Below, one piece after another: positions 25,601-35,900 of a stretch of 50,689 nt of DNA (its first letter is position 1; the number at the start of each line of letters is the position of its first letter). Both the position numbers and the translations under genes were made by a program. The DNA is taken from the NCBI GenBank assembly GCA_001687465.1, contig LVLI01000246.1:1-50689 (forward strand), written 5' to 3'. The stretch is from Halocafeteria seosinensis (Eukaryota). The notes below the pieces were generated by a model. It did not search any database, had not been told where the DNA came from, and saw nothing but the letters and a program-made list of their open reading frames with translations.

Positions 25601-27398
25601 TGGTGGTGGTGTATGGGGATCGGACTTCCAAGGGAGATGGGTCCCTAATGCGGAGGAGGGTGGTGAACAAGGACAGCAATACTCAGGAGCCAATTCACAG
25701 CTTTCACCCGTATTGGCGGCAACTTTGGTGGCTTCTGGCCACGTCTCCGCTGAAGACGCCATCAAGCGTTCCTCTCAACAGGATGAAACCCCTGCCCCTG
25801 TCTTGGAAACCCAACCAAGTGACGAGGATGGAAGCATGGTGAACTTTGATGGAGGCAGTTACCAAAACCTCTTAAGTGGTGAAGACAGTCCGCAAAATAG
25901 GTCCCCGAAGGACGTGGCGGCAGCTAATACGAGTCATATGAGGCTAGGTGCAGGAGCTGCGCGAAGTCTAACGCTTCATGGATGCGATATGTTAGAAAAG
26001 TCCGGAGCTTTATATAAGGTCGGTGCACGTTTCCGCAAGCTGACGAAACGCTGGTATTATCTCGAACAAAATTTCCTCTACTGGTACACGCGTCAAAAGG
26101 ACTCGACCCCTCGGGGTGTTCTCTTCTTGGAGGATTCTTACGTCAAGCCCGTAGACGACGGATATAAAGGGTACTATGGCATCAGTATCCATACGTCATC
26201 AGCTCACGGTGAGCGGACGAAAGTTTTATACGCTAAGAGCCCTCAGGATCGGGATGAGTGGTTAGCCGCTTTGCGACAGGCCTGTCGCGCTGTCCCGTTT
26301 GATGAAGACTATGAAGAGCAGGAAGAGATTGGTAGAGGCAGGTTTAGCCAGGTTATTTCGGCCAAAAGGAAAAGCGATGGTAAGATGTTTGCAGTGAAGA
26401 AAATCAATAAAGTGGATTTGGAGGAAGATGAGAAGGAGTTACTGCGTACGGAGATAGCAATCCTAAAATTAGTAAACCATCCGCACATTATTCGTCTGGA
26501 AAATGTGTACGAAACGAGCAGTTTATTATATATAGTAATGGAGTTCCTCCAGGGTGGTGAGTTGTTCGACAGGATCGTCGGCCGAAGTCGCTTCAAAGAA
26601 GACGAAGCCCGGGAGCTGGTGAAACCTCTAGTTGATGCCATGGCCTACCTGCATAGTTTAGGCATTGCGCATCGCGATCTCAAGCCGGAGAACGTGCTTA
26701 CAGGAGAGACGTTACATGATTTGAAAATTGCAGACTTCGGGCTCTCAAAGATTATCCACCCTACAGAAAAGATGAATAAGCCCTGCGGTACTTTGTCGTA
26801 CGTTGCACCCGAAGTCCTTACAGGCAAGGGTTACGGGAAGCAAGCAGACATGTGGAGCATCGGTGTTATCTTGTATCTAGTCGTTCGAGGTAAACTCCCG
26901 TTCGAAGGAAGGGATAAAGAGGAAATAGCTGCCAAAACAGTACGAGAGAACCTTGACTTCAACAATCCCATCTGGAAGCAGTGGAGTAAAGAGGGTTTGG
27001 AATTCGTTAGGCGCCTGCTCGAGCGAGATCCGGAGAAAAGATTATCTGCCAGGGAAGCGCTCAGGCATCCGTGGTTGAGAAATTCCACTGAAGCAGGTCA
27101 ATGCTACGATCTATCGTCTGATGACGAAAAGCCACCACCAACCAGTGAGGCTCCTTCAGCCAAGGCGACCGGGCCAACGACGACGACAACAACAACGACG
27201 GGACCCTCGACCCCTGGAGGTGCCATGTCCACACCTCGTAACATGAACTCTCCTGAAATTCCGCTGAGTTGCTTGCCACCTCATGGCGGTCATCCCGTGG
27301 CATCGTCTTCGGGTGGTGCTTACCACGACCCCGCAAGGGACAGTGTAGCGTCCAGAATGCAAAAGGTGTATTCTACAGACTCCGGTGCCAAAAAGTGA
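22625..27398 (+). CDS. CDPK7-like protein: N-terminal EF-hands, long disordered spacer, PH domain, CaMK-group kinase (exons 22625-22762, 22836-22920, 23041-23161, 23250-23267, 23336-27398)
   Basis: Spliced N-terminus MGNQS...IDKNTFLKAFPLPGLIGERLFTLFDKDESGVINYEEF...MYDLNGDGYVSKADL...CDLDRDGKLSF; PH domain KSGALYKVG...RWYYL...ERTKVLYAKSPQDRDEWL; kinase [31 protein letters not shown]. Confidence 0.9.
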
Positions 27399-27540
27399 TT
27401 TTCCGTGTGTCTTACACTTAGATGGCGTCGTATTTAATAATGACTGTTCATATATGTATGTTGTTTTTGTACGTACCATATGTACGACTGACATACAGCT
27501 CTCCATGCTGTCAGCTGGTGGAGCGGTGTGGAAGAAAGAC

Positions 27541-29181
27541 TCACACCCAATGAAATGCATTGCACTCCTTCTCCGTGACCAACGTTCTAGCTAATAGCTC
27601 AGAATACTTCCCAGAATCGTCGGTTTGCCATTGCTCGTCGTACCTAGCTTCCAAACTCGTTGAGTACTGAAGTGCCCGCTCAGATTCCAGCGCACTCACT
27701 TCCGTTTGCTGTAGGAGCTCAGAGGTGCGATTGACATCGGCTAATTTGTCTGCGTGCTGTCTCTCGAAATCAAGCAAAAACTGTATGCCTTCATCTATCA
27801 TTTTATTGATATTCTCATTTTCCGATGAACTCGTTTGTAAGGAACAACCGCCAACAGCATTTTGAGTAGCCTGAAGGCAGTCATTCAAAGAAGGAAGCTG
27901 AGAAACTGGCATCGCACCTTCTGATTCTTTGTTCACGGGAAGTTCACTGGAGACATTCCGGTAGTGCGGACACCTTAGTTTGGTGACAGGGGATTTGGTC
28001 TTTCTGGCGCGGTTTGCACGTGCCCTTGTTTTCTCACAGTCTCGTCGAGCCGCCGCTAACACTTTCTTGGTTCGAGCTTCTGCTTGTCGTAGAGTCACGG
28101 GTTGGGGCCCCACTGGGATGGGGCGAGTCGAGTACATCATAGTTGGACGATTGAACTGTTGTCCAATTGCATCTCCATCATTGGTGTGGTTGTCTCCGTG
28201 ACAACCTCGCCCAAGCGGTACTGTCTCCCCGGAAGCGTCTTCGACAGACACTGTATTGCCCAAGTTTAATCGGGAAACAGAGGAGAACGGTTGCGTGTCT
28301 GTCAGGGGAAGTGTTTCAGCAGTTGACCACACGCGTACTTCGTTGATCTCAACAGGATGCGGATCCAAATCGTATAGTGAGAAACAACTCCAAGTATCGG
28401 GTAAGTAACTACTTGTGTGCTTATCGGATTCCGTGTAGTCGTTTAAGCAGGAAGCAGAAGCCGTGTCATAGGAAAATGTAAATACTGGAGGATCGACTAC
28501 TGGTCTAAGCGCTTTCTCCAGTTTTACACTATTGCCATCCTGCTCAACAGCTTGACGTCGAATCTTAATTGCATGTCGTAAGGATTGTTCGGCTTTTGGG
28601 AATCGAAACTTCCTGCGGCTGTGGGTTCGAACTTTTTCTGATCGCATGGGCATTATAATGCCGTAGCTGCCGAACATCTTGTTTAGAGGATCTGTATTGC
28701 ATTGACGTCTGTGTGCTGAGTAAGCGTTAGCTGGATGAGAGTGTATGCTTCGGGCTTCGTCAACGGGATGCCGTTCCTGGTTGTCACCGTCAAGGCTGTC
28801 AGTCTCCATGATAGTCCATGTAGTAGCCTCTGAGGTGATGTCTTTCCTGGAGCTACCGTGCATTCTGATGTTTGTCACTCTTGGATTTATCGTCTGTCTT
28901 TGCAATGCATTCTTGTAACCTTGGTAAGCCCTAGGTGAGACTTCCACATTTCTTCGTCCTCCCCGCGTGGCACCTTTCGACTCCCTACCCGACACATCGC
29001 TTCTACACTCTTCCCTGTATAGACTTGAGTCATCTGTCTCGTTGTAATTGTCTATTGGCGTCTTCTTTGGAAGTCCCTTCTCTCTTAGTAGACTATCCAG
29101 CACGCTTTCGACCGTCGAGAGAGCCTTGACTTCAGGAGAACGTATCTCCTCAATGTCGGACGCTGCCATGGGGTAGTCCAT
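27541..29181 (-). CDS. Hypothetical 546-aa protein, largely low-complexity with a possible C-terminal coiled coil
   Basis: 1.64-kb uninterrupted ORF; no motif recognised; ends may be refined by splicing. Confidence 0.6.
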   Translation of the reverse strand: MDYPMAASDIEEIRSPEVKALSTVESVLDSLLREKGLPKKTPIDNYNETDDSSLYREECRSDVSGRESKGATRGGRRNVEVSPRAYQGYKNALQRQTINPRVTNIRMHGSSRKDITSEATTWTIMETDSLDGDNQERHPVDEARSIHSHPANAYSAHRRQCNTDPLNKMFGSYGIIMPMRSEKVRTHSRRKFRFPKAEQSLRHAIKIRRQAVEQDGNSVKLEKALRPVVDPPVFTFSYDTASASCLNDYTESDKHTSSYLPDTWSCFSLYDLDPHPVEINEVRVWSTAETLPLTDTQPFSSVSRLNLGNTVSVEDASGETVPLGRGCHGDNHTNDGDAIGQQFNRPTMMYSTRPIPVGPQPVTLRQAEARTKKVLAAARRDCEKTRARANRARKTKSPVTKLRCPHYRNVSSELPVNKESEGAMPVSQLPSLNDCLQATQNAVGGCSLQTSSSENENINKMIDEGIQFLLDFERQHADKLADVNRTSELLQQTEVSALESERALQYSTSLEARYDEQWQTDDSGKYSELLARTLVTEKECNAFHWV

Positions 29182-30120
29182 TACCCTGCGGTTCTATACC
29201 ACCTCCACGTGTATAGACGGATGTCTTCCTCTGCTTAGTACTTATTGCATCACGGCAAGTTGTATGCACTCCATATTATGCAGCCCAAGGGATTTTACCA
29301 GGGGTACAACCGCTATGTATCACCTCGTGGTACTGAGTAGTGATAGCTATTAGCTTCCGGTGAGAACCTATATGTACCGTCAGTAAAATGTTAGGTAACA
29401 CTATGGGTAATTTTGCGTCATTTGAAGTACAAACCTTTAGTCCTAGACAGTGTTCACTCGGAACAAAGAACTGGGGCTCGTTGAGCGTTAGATTAGATTT
29501 CTTCCGGTGGACTTCACCAGCGTGTCTCAAGTCTTGCATCTACTGTGAAACTTCTACATTCAAACGAAAGGGCATACTCCACTAGACCTCTAACGTGGTG
29601 CATGGACCGTCAGTAGTGGGACCACTTAATGGTTGGGAAACTCGCATTGACCTCCACGAAACGAAAATCAGTGGAACAGTCGGAACAGTCGGAAGTCTTT
29701 GAAGATGTGGGGATTCAGATTGAATAATACGGTGGGTGTCGAAGGAAGGTCGATCCATGGCAGATTAATGATAAATGCCTGATTCAGCACAACACGTCGT
29801 TTACAATGTGTGGAGATCAAATCATCGTTATGGAAGAGCAATCGAAGCTCTTGGAGGGGAGCAACAATCTACCACCCTTCAGTTTCTGAAGAGCAAAGCT
29901 TAGTGTTTGATAGTGAGAAGCCATTGTAAATCTTTCGTTGAGGAAAAACCAATCGCACATGGGAAACACTACTTGTACTGGTAAATGTTGAATTTCTTGT
30001 GCTGAAGGAGCTCACTATGCAACATCTGACCTGGTACCACATTTCTTTAAAGATGCAAGGGCATTGTTCCGGTAAATTGGTTGAAAGGAAATCTTCAAGA
30101 GTTTGCTCTTTGCTTTCGGG

Positions 30121-30122
<2 letters not shown>

Positions 30123-30171
<49 letters not shown>

Positions 30172-30207
30172 TGTGACAGTTAGGGCCACCGGCCTAAAAA
30201 AAGTTGA

Positions 30208-30256
<49 letters not shown>
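30123..30256. repeat. Two (CA)n microsatellites (about 30123-30171 and 30209-30256) separated by a 37-bp spacer
   Basis: Read directly; these explain the HTHT/VCVC spurious ORFs. Confidence 0.95.
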
Positions 30257-30259
<3 letters not shown>

Positions 30260-31003
30260 GACAGATACAGTAGCCCACCGGCCGGGGAGTTGACAGCATC
30301 CTCTGAACGAGCGGTATGCGCCTCTTGGCGAGGAGCGGTACGCGCCCCTGTTAAGCAACGACGGGCCCGCTGTTCCTCCAGCTTCGGGGTACAGTGTAAC
30401 ATCAGAAGGCATCGGAAGGTGACGCTATACCTACGACAACGATGTCACGACTACCGGCAAGGCTCAGCCTGGGAGGAGCCGTCTACCGACCTGTGCCTGC
30501 CACAGCGACTCTAGAAAGCATGTACCGGAACGGCTGTAACGGCTGGATGAGGGTGTTTCTCTGCCCGCACGCTGTATCGCCCCCTGGTCTCCCCTTTGAG
30601 ACCCCACCCCTTGAAGGTTCCCTTCCCCCCGCTCGGGTGCTGCTCTACTGTCCTGAGGGTATCCTACTAGTCTACGGTGTGATATCGTGTATTGTTAACT
30701 GGACAAAAAGACACTTTATGAGTACAAAAAGACAGGACTACTATCCTGAAAGCCCGTCCATACTTGCGAACACCCGGGTACGTTCATCAAGCTCCTCAGC
30801 ATTACAGTTTCCGCCTGGTGTACAGTAGCTGCAGTCAGTCTTCAGTCTTTGTCACTACGGTTCCACTGGTAACTGCTACACATGGGCTGCTTTATAGAGT
30901 GATTTTAGTACCAGCTTTGTTGTACGTTCAATCTGAGCAAAAGATTCCCTGTGGGGCTTTTGTAGGGATGCGAGGGGCGAACTGTAACGTTTATTAAAAA
31001 AAA
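30257..31003 (+). mobile_element. Possible non-coding transposable element remnant (solo-LTR-like) starting TGTGACAG at a (CA)n tract; right boundary uncertain
   Basis: TG start immediately after (CA)n; a related terminus occurs at 30172 and on the minus strand at 3312; short internal direct repeats; no convincing ORF. Confidence 0.3.
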
Positions 31004-31340
31004 TCGCGGGCGTTAGAACTGGAGTTGCCCACCGGGGCAGACGGCACTAGCTGCTATGTTTCCGGTGATGTTAACTGTTAGTTGATCGTCTTATGTGGTC
31101 ATAAGAGGATGACTTCATTCCACAAATTAACGATTTGTAAGAAGCTCCCAGCACAGCAAGCGGATGCGGGAGGGGAGGGGTGTTGAAGGCTAAAGGCGTA
31201 CGGTATCCATGAAACAAACCTTCTTGTAAAAATACCGGTAGTATTAGGGTTCGATGATGTTTGGAGTCATGCATATCTGTTACGATTCTTCGGAGAGACT
31301 CCTCTCTGCTTCTTCGCAGACTAAAGTCCGGGGAGAACAA

Positions 31341-32258
31341 ATGCAGTTGTGGTATATCCTCTTGAGCATATGTACTGTGCCCCTCCTCGTTCACGGAAGA
31401 AACCTTCCATGGAAGCCGGCAACGCACAACCGGAACCGCACCATGCTAACTTATACGGTTGCGAGGAACCAAGGTAGCGGCATCCGTGGTCGAGCTGTAA
31501 CTTGCACTTCCGTAAAGTCGCAAGGGCGTACAATACCGATACGACTCCAAGCATGCACAAATTCACCTTGTGCAAAGTATAGGAAGACCATCTCCTCGAC
31601 TAACGCAACGACAGCATTCGACCCACGTGCTCCATCGCCACTGAGTACCGTAATGAATACCTCTACCTCGTCTACTACAACAACGATACCGAAAGAACAT
31701 CGCCCGACCAGTTCATCTCAATCATCGACCGCAGACAGGACATCAAAATCCATGGCAACATCAACAGCGATACCTACGCAAACTCCTTCACCTACTGGAA
31801 GTCGCACGTGTAGTCCCACAGGTACGGGGACTCAGATTCCGACAACCACGACAACAGGAATGCTTACATCTGGAGCAAGCAACACTTCTATACCGACTCG
31901 GAGTGGCACAAGTACGTTCACGCGTACACGCGTTCCAACGCCCACGCACACTTCGACTCCTACGTCCATTTCAACCCCTTTACAGACTTCGACTCTTACG
32001 TCCATCTCAACCCCTTCTCAGACTTCGACGCGGACGAGCAGTGCGTCGCGCATTTCTACCCCTACACCCAGCTCAACTCCAACGCACACTCCGACCCGTA
32101 CGCACACTTCGACGCCGACGCGCACCTTGACCCCTTCGCACACTTCGACCCTTACCCCTTCGCACACTTCGACGCGGACGCGAACCTCGACCCCTTTTCA
32201 CACTTCGACGCGGACGCCCACACGCACATCGACAGCTACGGCATTCAGGGCACGATGA
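31341..32258 (+). CDS. Secreted mucin-like Thr/Ser/Pro-rich protein
   Basis: ATG 31341 gives MQLWYILLSICTVPLLVHG (signal-peptide-like); the C-terminal half consists of TPxHTST-type repeats. Confidence 0.65.
   Translation: MQLWYILLSICTVPLLVHGRNLPWKPATHNRNRTMLTYTVARNQGSGIRGRAVTCTSVKSQGRTIPIRLQACTNSPCAKYRKTISSTNATTAFDPRAPSPLSTVMNTSTSSTTTTIPKEHRPTSSSQSSTADRTSKSMATSTAIPTQTPSPTGSRTCSPTGTGTQIPTTTTTGMLTSGASNTSIPTRSGTSTFTRTRVPTPTHTSTPTSISTPLQTSTLTSISTPSQTSTRTSSASRISTPTPSSTPTHTPTRTHTSTPTRTLTPSHTSTLTPSHTSTRTRTSTPFHTSTRTPTRTSTATAFRAR
31930..32240 (+). repeat. Degenerate coding minisatellite (cacacttcgac core) encoding TPxHTST repeats
   Basis: cacacttcgac/cagacttcgac cores recur at roughly 24-36 bp spacing. 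Confidence 0.8.
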
Positions 32259-32974
32259 CGGGGATGGCAGCAACGGAGTCATGGTATGTCTAGTGCTGCA
32301 GGCCCGGGGCGAAGGTGGACACCGAGATTCATCCTCTCGGCCAGGCTTAGTTCGTACCACACTTTCTAGGTTGCGGTAACTCACAAGGTACATCATTACT
32401 GCTGTAGTCGTGGCAAAAGAAAGTGATCGTGAAAAGGTGTTGGAGCAAATGTCAGGTCATTGTCCTCTGGATCCATTCCTACTTGTCAGCAGAGTATCAA
32501 ATCCCGACTAGCAGCCGTCAATGAATGCATAGCTCTCGTTTTCAGTTGCTTTCTCCATTGGGCATGAGCAGTCTCGCGCAGGCACCCAAAGTACGAATTC
32601 CGTCCGTGAGGCAAGTGCTGCCTTACTGCGTTACAGGTAGTTGGATACTTCCCTCTTTCCCGCGAGATCCCCTACCACCTACCTATTCAGTTCTGCGTCA
32701 AGTCCTCATCTATTGAGCGAGCTAACTCTTTTTGGGAAGCCGAGCTCAATCCATTTCGGCAGGTCTCTGTCTCCGCCGTCTTCCGTCCATGGCATGCATG
32801 TCCATGATGACAAATCACTTCAACAAGACAATCATTAGTTGACGTTTGTCATTCATATCCATCTATACTGTAGAAGTGAATTAAGAGGTCTAGTGTTGAT
32901 GACGTCCATTATTGTTGCTTATAAGGATAGGTGATAGAGGTAGGTGGTAGTGTAGCAATCGATAGAGACGGGGA

Positions 32975-35900
32975 ATGAGCTCCAAAAACAAGCGAGGTGG
33001 CGGGGTGGAAAGCCCTGGCACATCTGGGCCATCATCTTCTTCCACAGGCGCAGCTGCTAGTGGAGGGAATAGTTCCAGTAGTAAAGTTGGTCGAGGAGGA
33101 GGCAGTGGCAGTGCTGAAAGCGGTGGTGGGTGCGGCAGAGGAGGAGGAAGAGGTGTTCGTCGTGGTGCTGGGAATACACGAGTGGTGTCAGGACGAGGAG
33201 ATATTAAAGTCGGCGGAATGACGATAAAGGAGTGGCAAAGGACTCCTATACAGCTGCTTCATGAATATACGCAGAACGAGAAACGCCCTAAGCCTCGATT
33301 TGATATGATCCGTGCTGAAGAACGAGGGCAGAAAAAGTTCCGGGTGGTGCTCCAAGACCCCAAAAAACCAGGAAGCGATAAGGACTTATTATTCACCCCG
33401 CGTGAGTCATACGATGATGCCAATGAAGCTAAGCATAGTGTCGCACTGCTTGCTCTGAGCTATGTCAGGAAGAATATGCCTCTAGAGAAGAAATTGCCGG
33501 AACCCTACCGGCAGATGTGGCTAGAGCTCATTGGTGCTGCCGATTCAGGTATTTCACAGTCCGATAAGTCCAAGGAAAAAGCTAGTGCATCGCAGCCAGA
33601 AAGCGGTAGCCATACTAGCCGTCCACCCCCGGCTCCTCAGACGGTCTCCTCAACGGAAACATCCCCTGTAGGTCACGAGGTAACGAATGGCAAAGCTGCT
33701 GGGACAAATCCCGGGAGTGTCCCAAAGCCAGCGCAAGTTCACTCCCCGGGACCAGGGGCAACTTTGAAAAAACGAGCAGGGGCTGGGAAAAACAAGAATA
33801 AAGGGAAAAAGGTTTCCTCTCAATACAAGCACGCATCAAAGGCGGAGGCGGAGCAAGCTGCACAGCAAAACCAGCAAAGGCGCAAGGAAATAGAGAAGAA
33901 GAAACGAAACCACGAAGCGTTCCTCTATGCAAATGAAGACCCTGCTCTTACAATGTCAGAAGAGATCCGCACTTTAGCAGAAAATTCGCTGCAAAAGCTT
34001 CAGGATGAAACTCATATTGATTTTGGTCTCCTTGAGAGCAAACATACTCGTCAAGGCGAAGAGCAAGTGCTGCCACCAGAGCTCCTCGGGTTTAGAGACT
34101 CGCTTGTAGAAGCGGGATTTTCCTCTAACGATGCGACTAACGCGCTCACCCAAGTTTCTCAACGACAAGGCTTTTCTACATATTCAAATGATAAGGTATT
34201 CAAGGAATCCTTGAACTGGTTATGTCTGAATGTTCCCGCTCATCGGCTACCTTCCGATTTACAACCATGCGCGGGTCAGATTTCCATTTCGCGTCCCTCA
34301 ACGACTGCTGACGGTGAAGCTGTAGACTCCAATGTCTCCGCCCTGTCTGCTATGGGTTTCCGCCCAACGGATGCTCGACGGGCTTTGAACGTTTGTCGAG
34401 GAAACAAATGGTCCGCTATTGCCTTGTTGTTTGCTAACATGCGCAGAGTAGCGGGACTTACGGTAGATCTCAGTAGCGACAACAGCGAGGTAGTCTTGAG
34501 TGAAGGAACTGGACTGGATGATGAAGTAGAAGCTTTGCACTCTATTTTCGGAGATGAAGCTTTTTCTCATGAAGAGTTCCGTGCGCATCTGGACCCGCTT
34601 GCCCTAGATGAGTGCCCAATAGACGGTGAATGGGATAATGTGGAGGTAGACGTCCCCATTAAGCAGATCAAAATTAATCTTGGTGAAATCAAACAATTTG
34701 ATGGCCTTCCTGTGACTCTGGGAGTAGCGTATATCAACCTCGGTGGCGCCACAAGCGAGGAAACCAAGGGTTCTGTTTGGGAGCCTTTGGCTCCCATGAA
34801 CTACCCTGTTTCGGTTCCCTGGATCTGGATTGAGTGCGCTCAGTCTTCTCAACCTTCCCGATTTTCTATGATATGTTGTCTCTGTAGCACGGCTGAAAAG
34901 TGGAAGGGACACCCTTCAATTTTTCAGCTGGTGACATTGCTACAGGATGGATCTTCTATCGAGTCAGTTTCCAAGGAGAATGGTATAGATCCCGCTATGG
35001 TGAACGAAGATTTAATCAAGGATCCTGCGGTGAATAAACTGTTAGAGGATTGCACTGTTGCATTACCGAACAAGAGTGCTACGAATGGGTCCCACCTAAA
35101 GCGTCAGCGAGGGACGGGGAATAGCCCGGCTAGCGATGAATGGAAAAAGTCTCGTTCCGAATTTTTATACTCTTGCTTGAAAAAAGATAGTTGTACGGAC
35201 AAATTTAAATCTATGCTGCACGTCCGTCGGAAACTGCCGATAGCGAAATATCAGGGAGCAATTGCGGAAATCATTCGCAACAATTCCATTGTACTGTTAT
35301 CTGGAGAAACAGGATCGGGAAAGACGACTCAAGTGCCCCAATATATACTTGAAGATGCGATTGACAAGGGCCATGGTGGAGATACTCGCATCTTATGTAC
35401 TCAGCCCAGGAGAATTGCTGCTATTTCGGTTGCCAATCGTGTAGCTGACGAACGATGCGAAAACTTGGGTCCTGGGAAGGGAATATCAGCTACAGAATTG
35501 AACAACGTTGTGGGATATCACATCCGAGGAGAGAAACGATGTAATTCTCAAACGCACTTGGTATTTTGCACAACTGGTATTCTGTTGAAGCAGCTTCAAT
35601 CTGGTTTACCGGACGGCGTCACTCACATAGTGGTAGACGAAGTGCACGAAAGGAATGTGGATACTGACTTTCTGATGGCTGTATTGAGAGGTTTGGTGCG
35701 TAAGGATCCAACTTTGCGAGTCATTCTAATGTCAGCCACCATGAATGCTCAAACATTTGCCGACTACTTTTCAAGAAAATCCAAAACCGAGAGTATTCCT
35801 CAGGGAAAGTACTCAAATTACTGCCAGAAACTGATTTCCGACGGCGTTATTGTACCAGGGTCCGTGCCGCAAATATTTATTCCTGGGTTCATTCATCCGG

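Noticed and set aside
29999..30514. HTHT/VCVC-repeat ORFs as metal-binding proteins
   Set aside because: Translations of (CA)n microsatellites.
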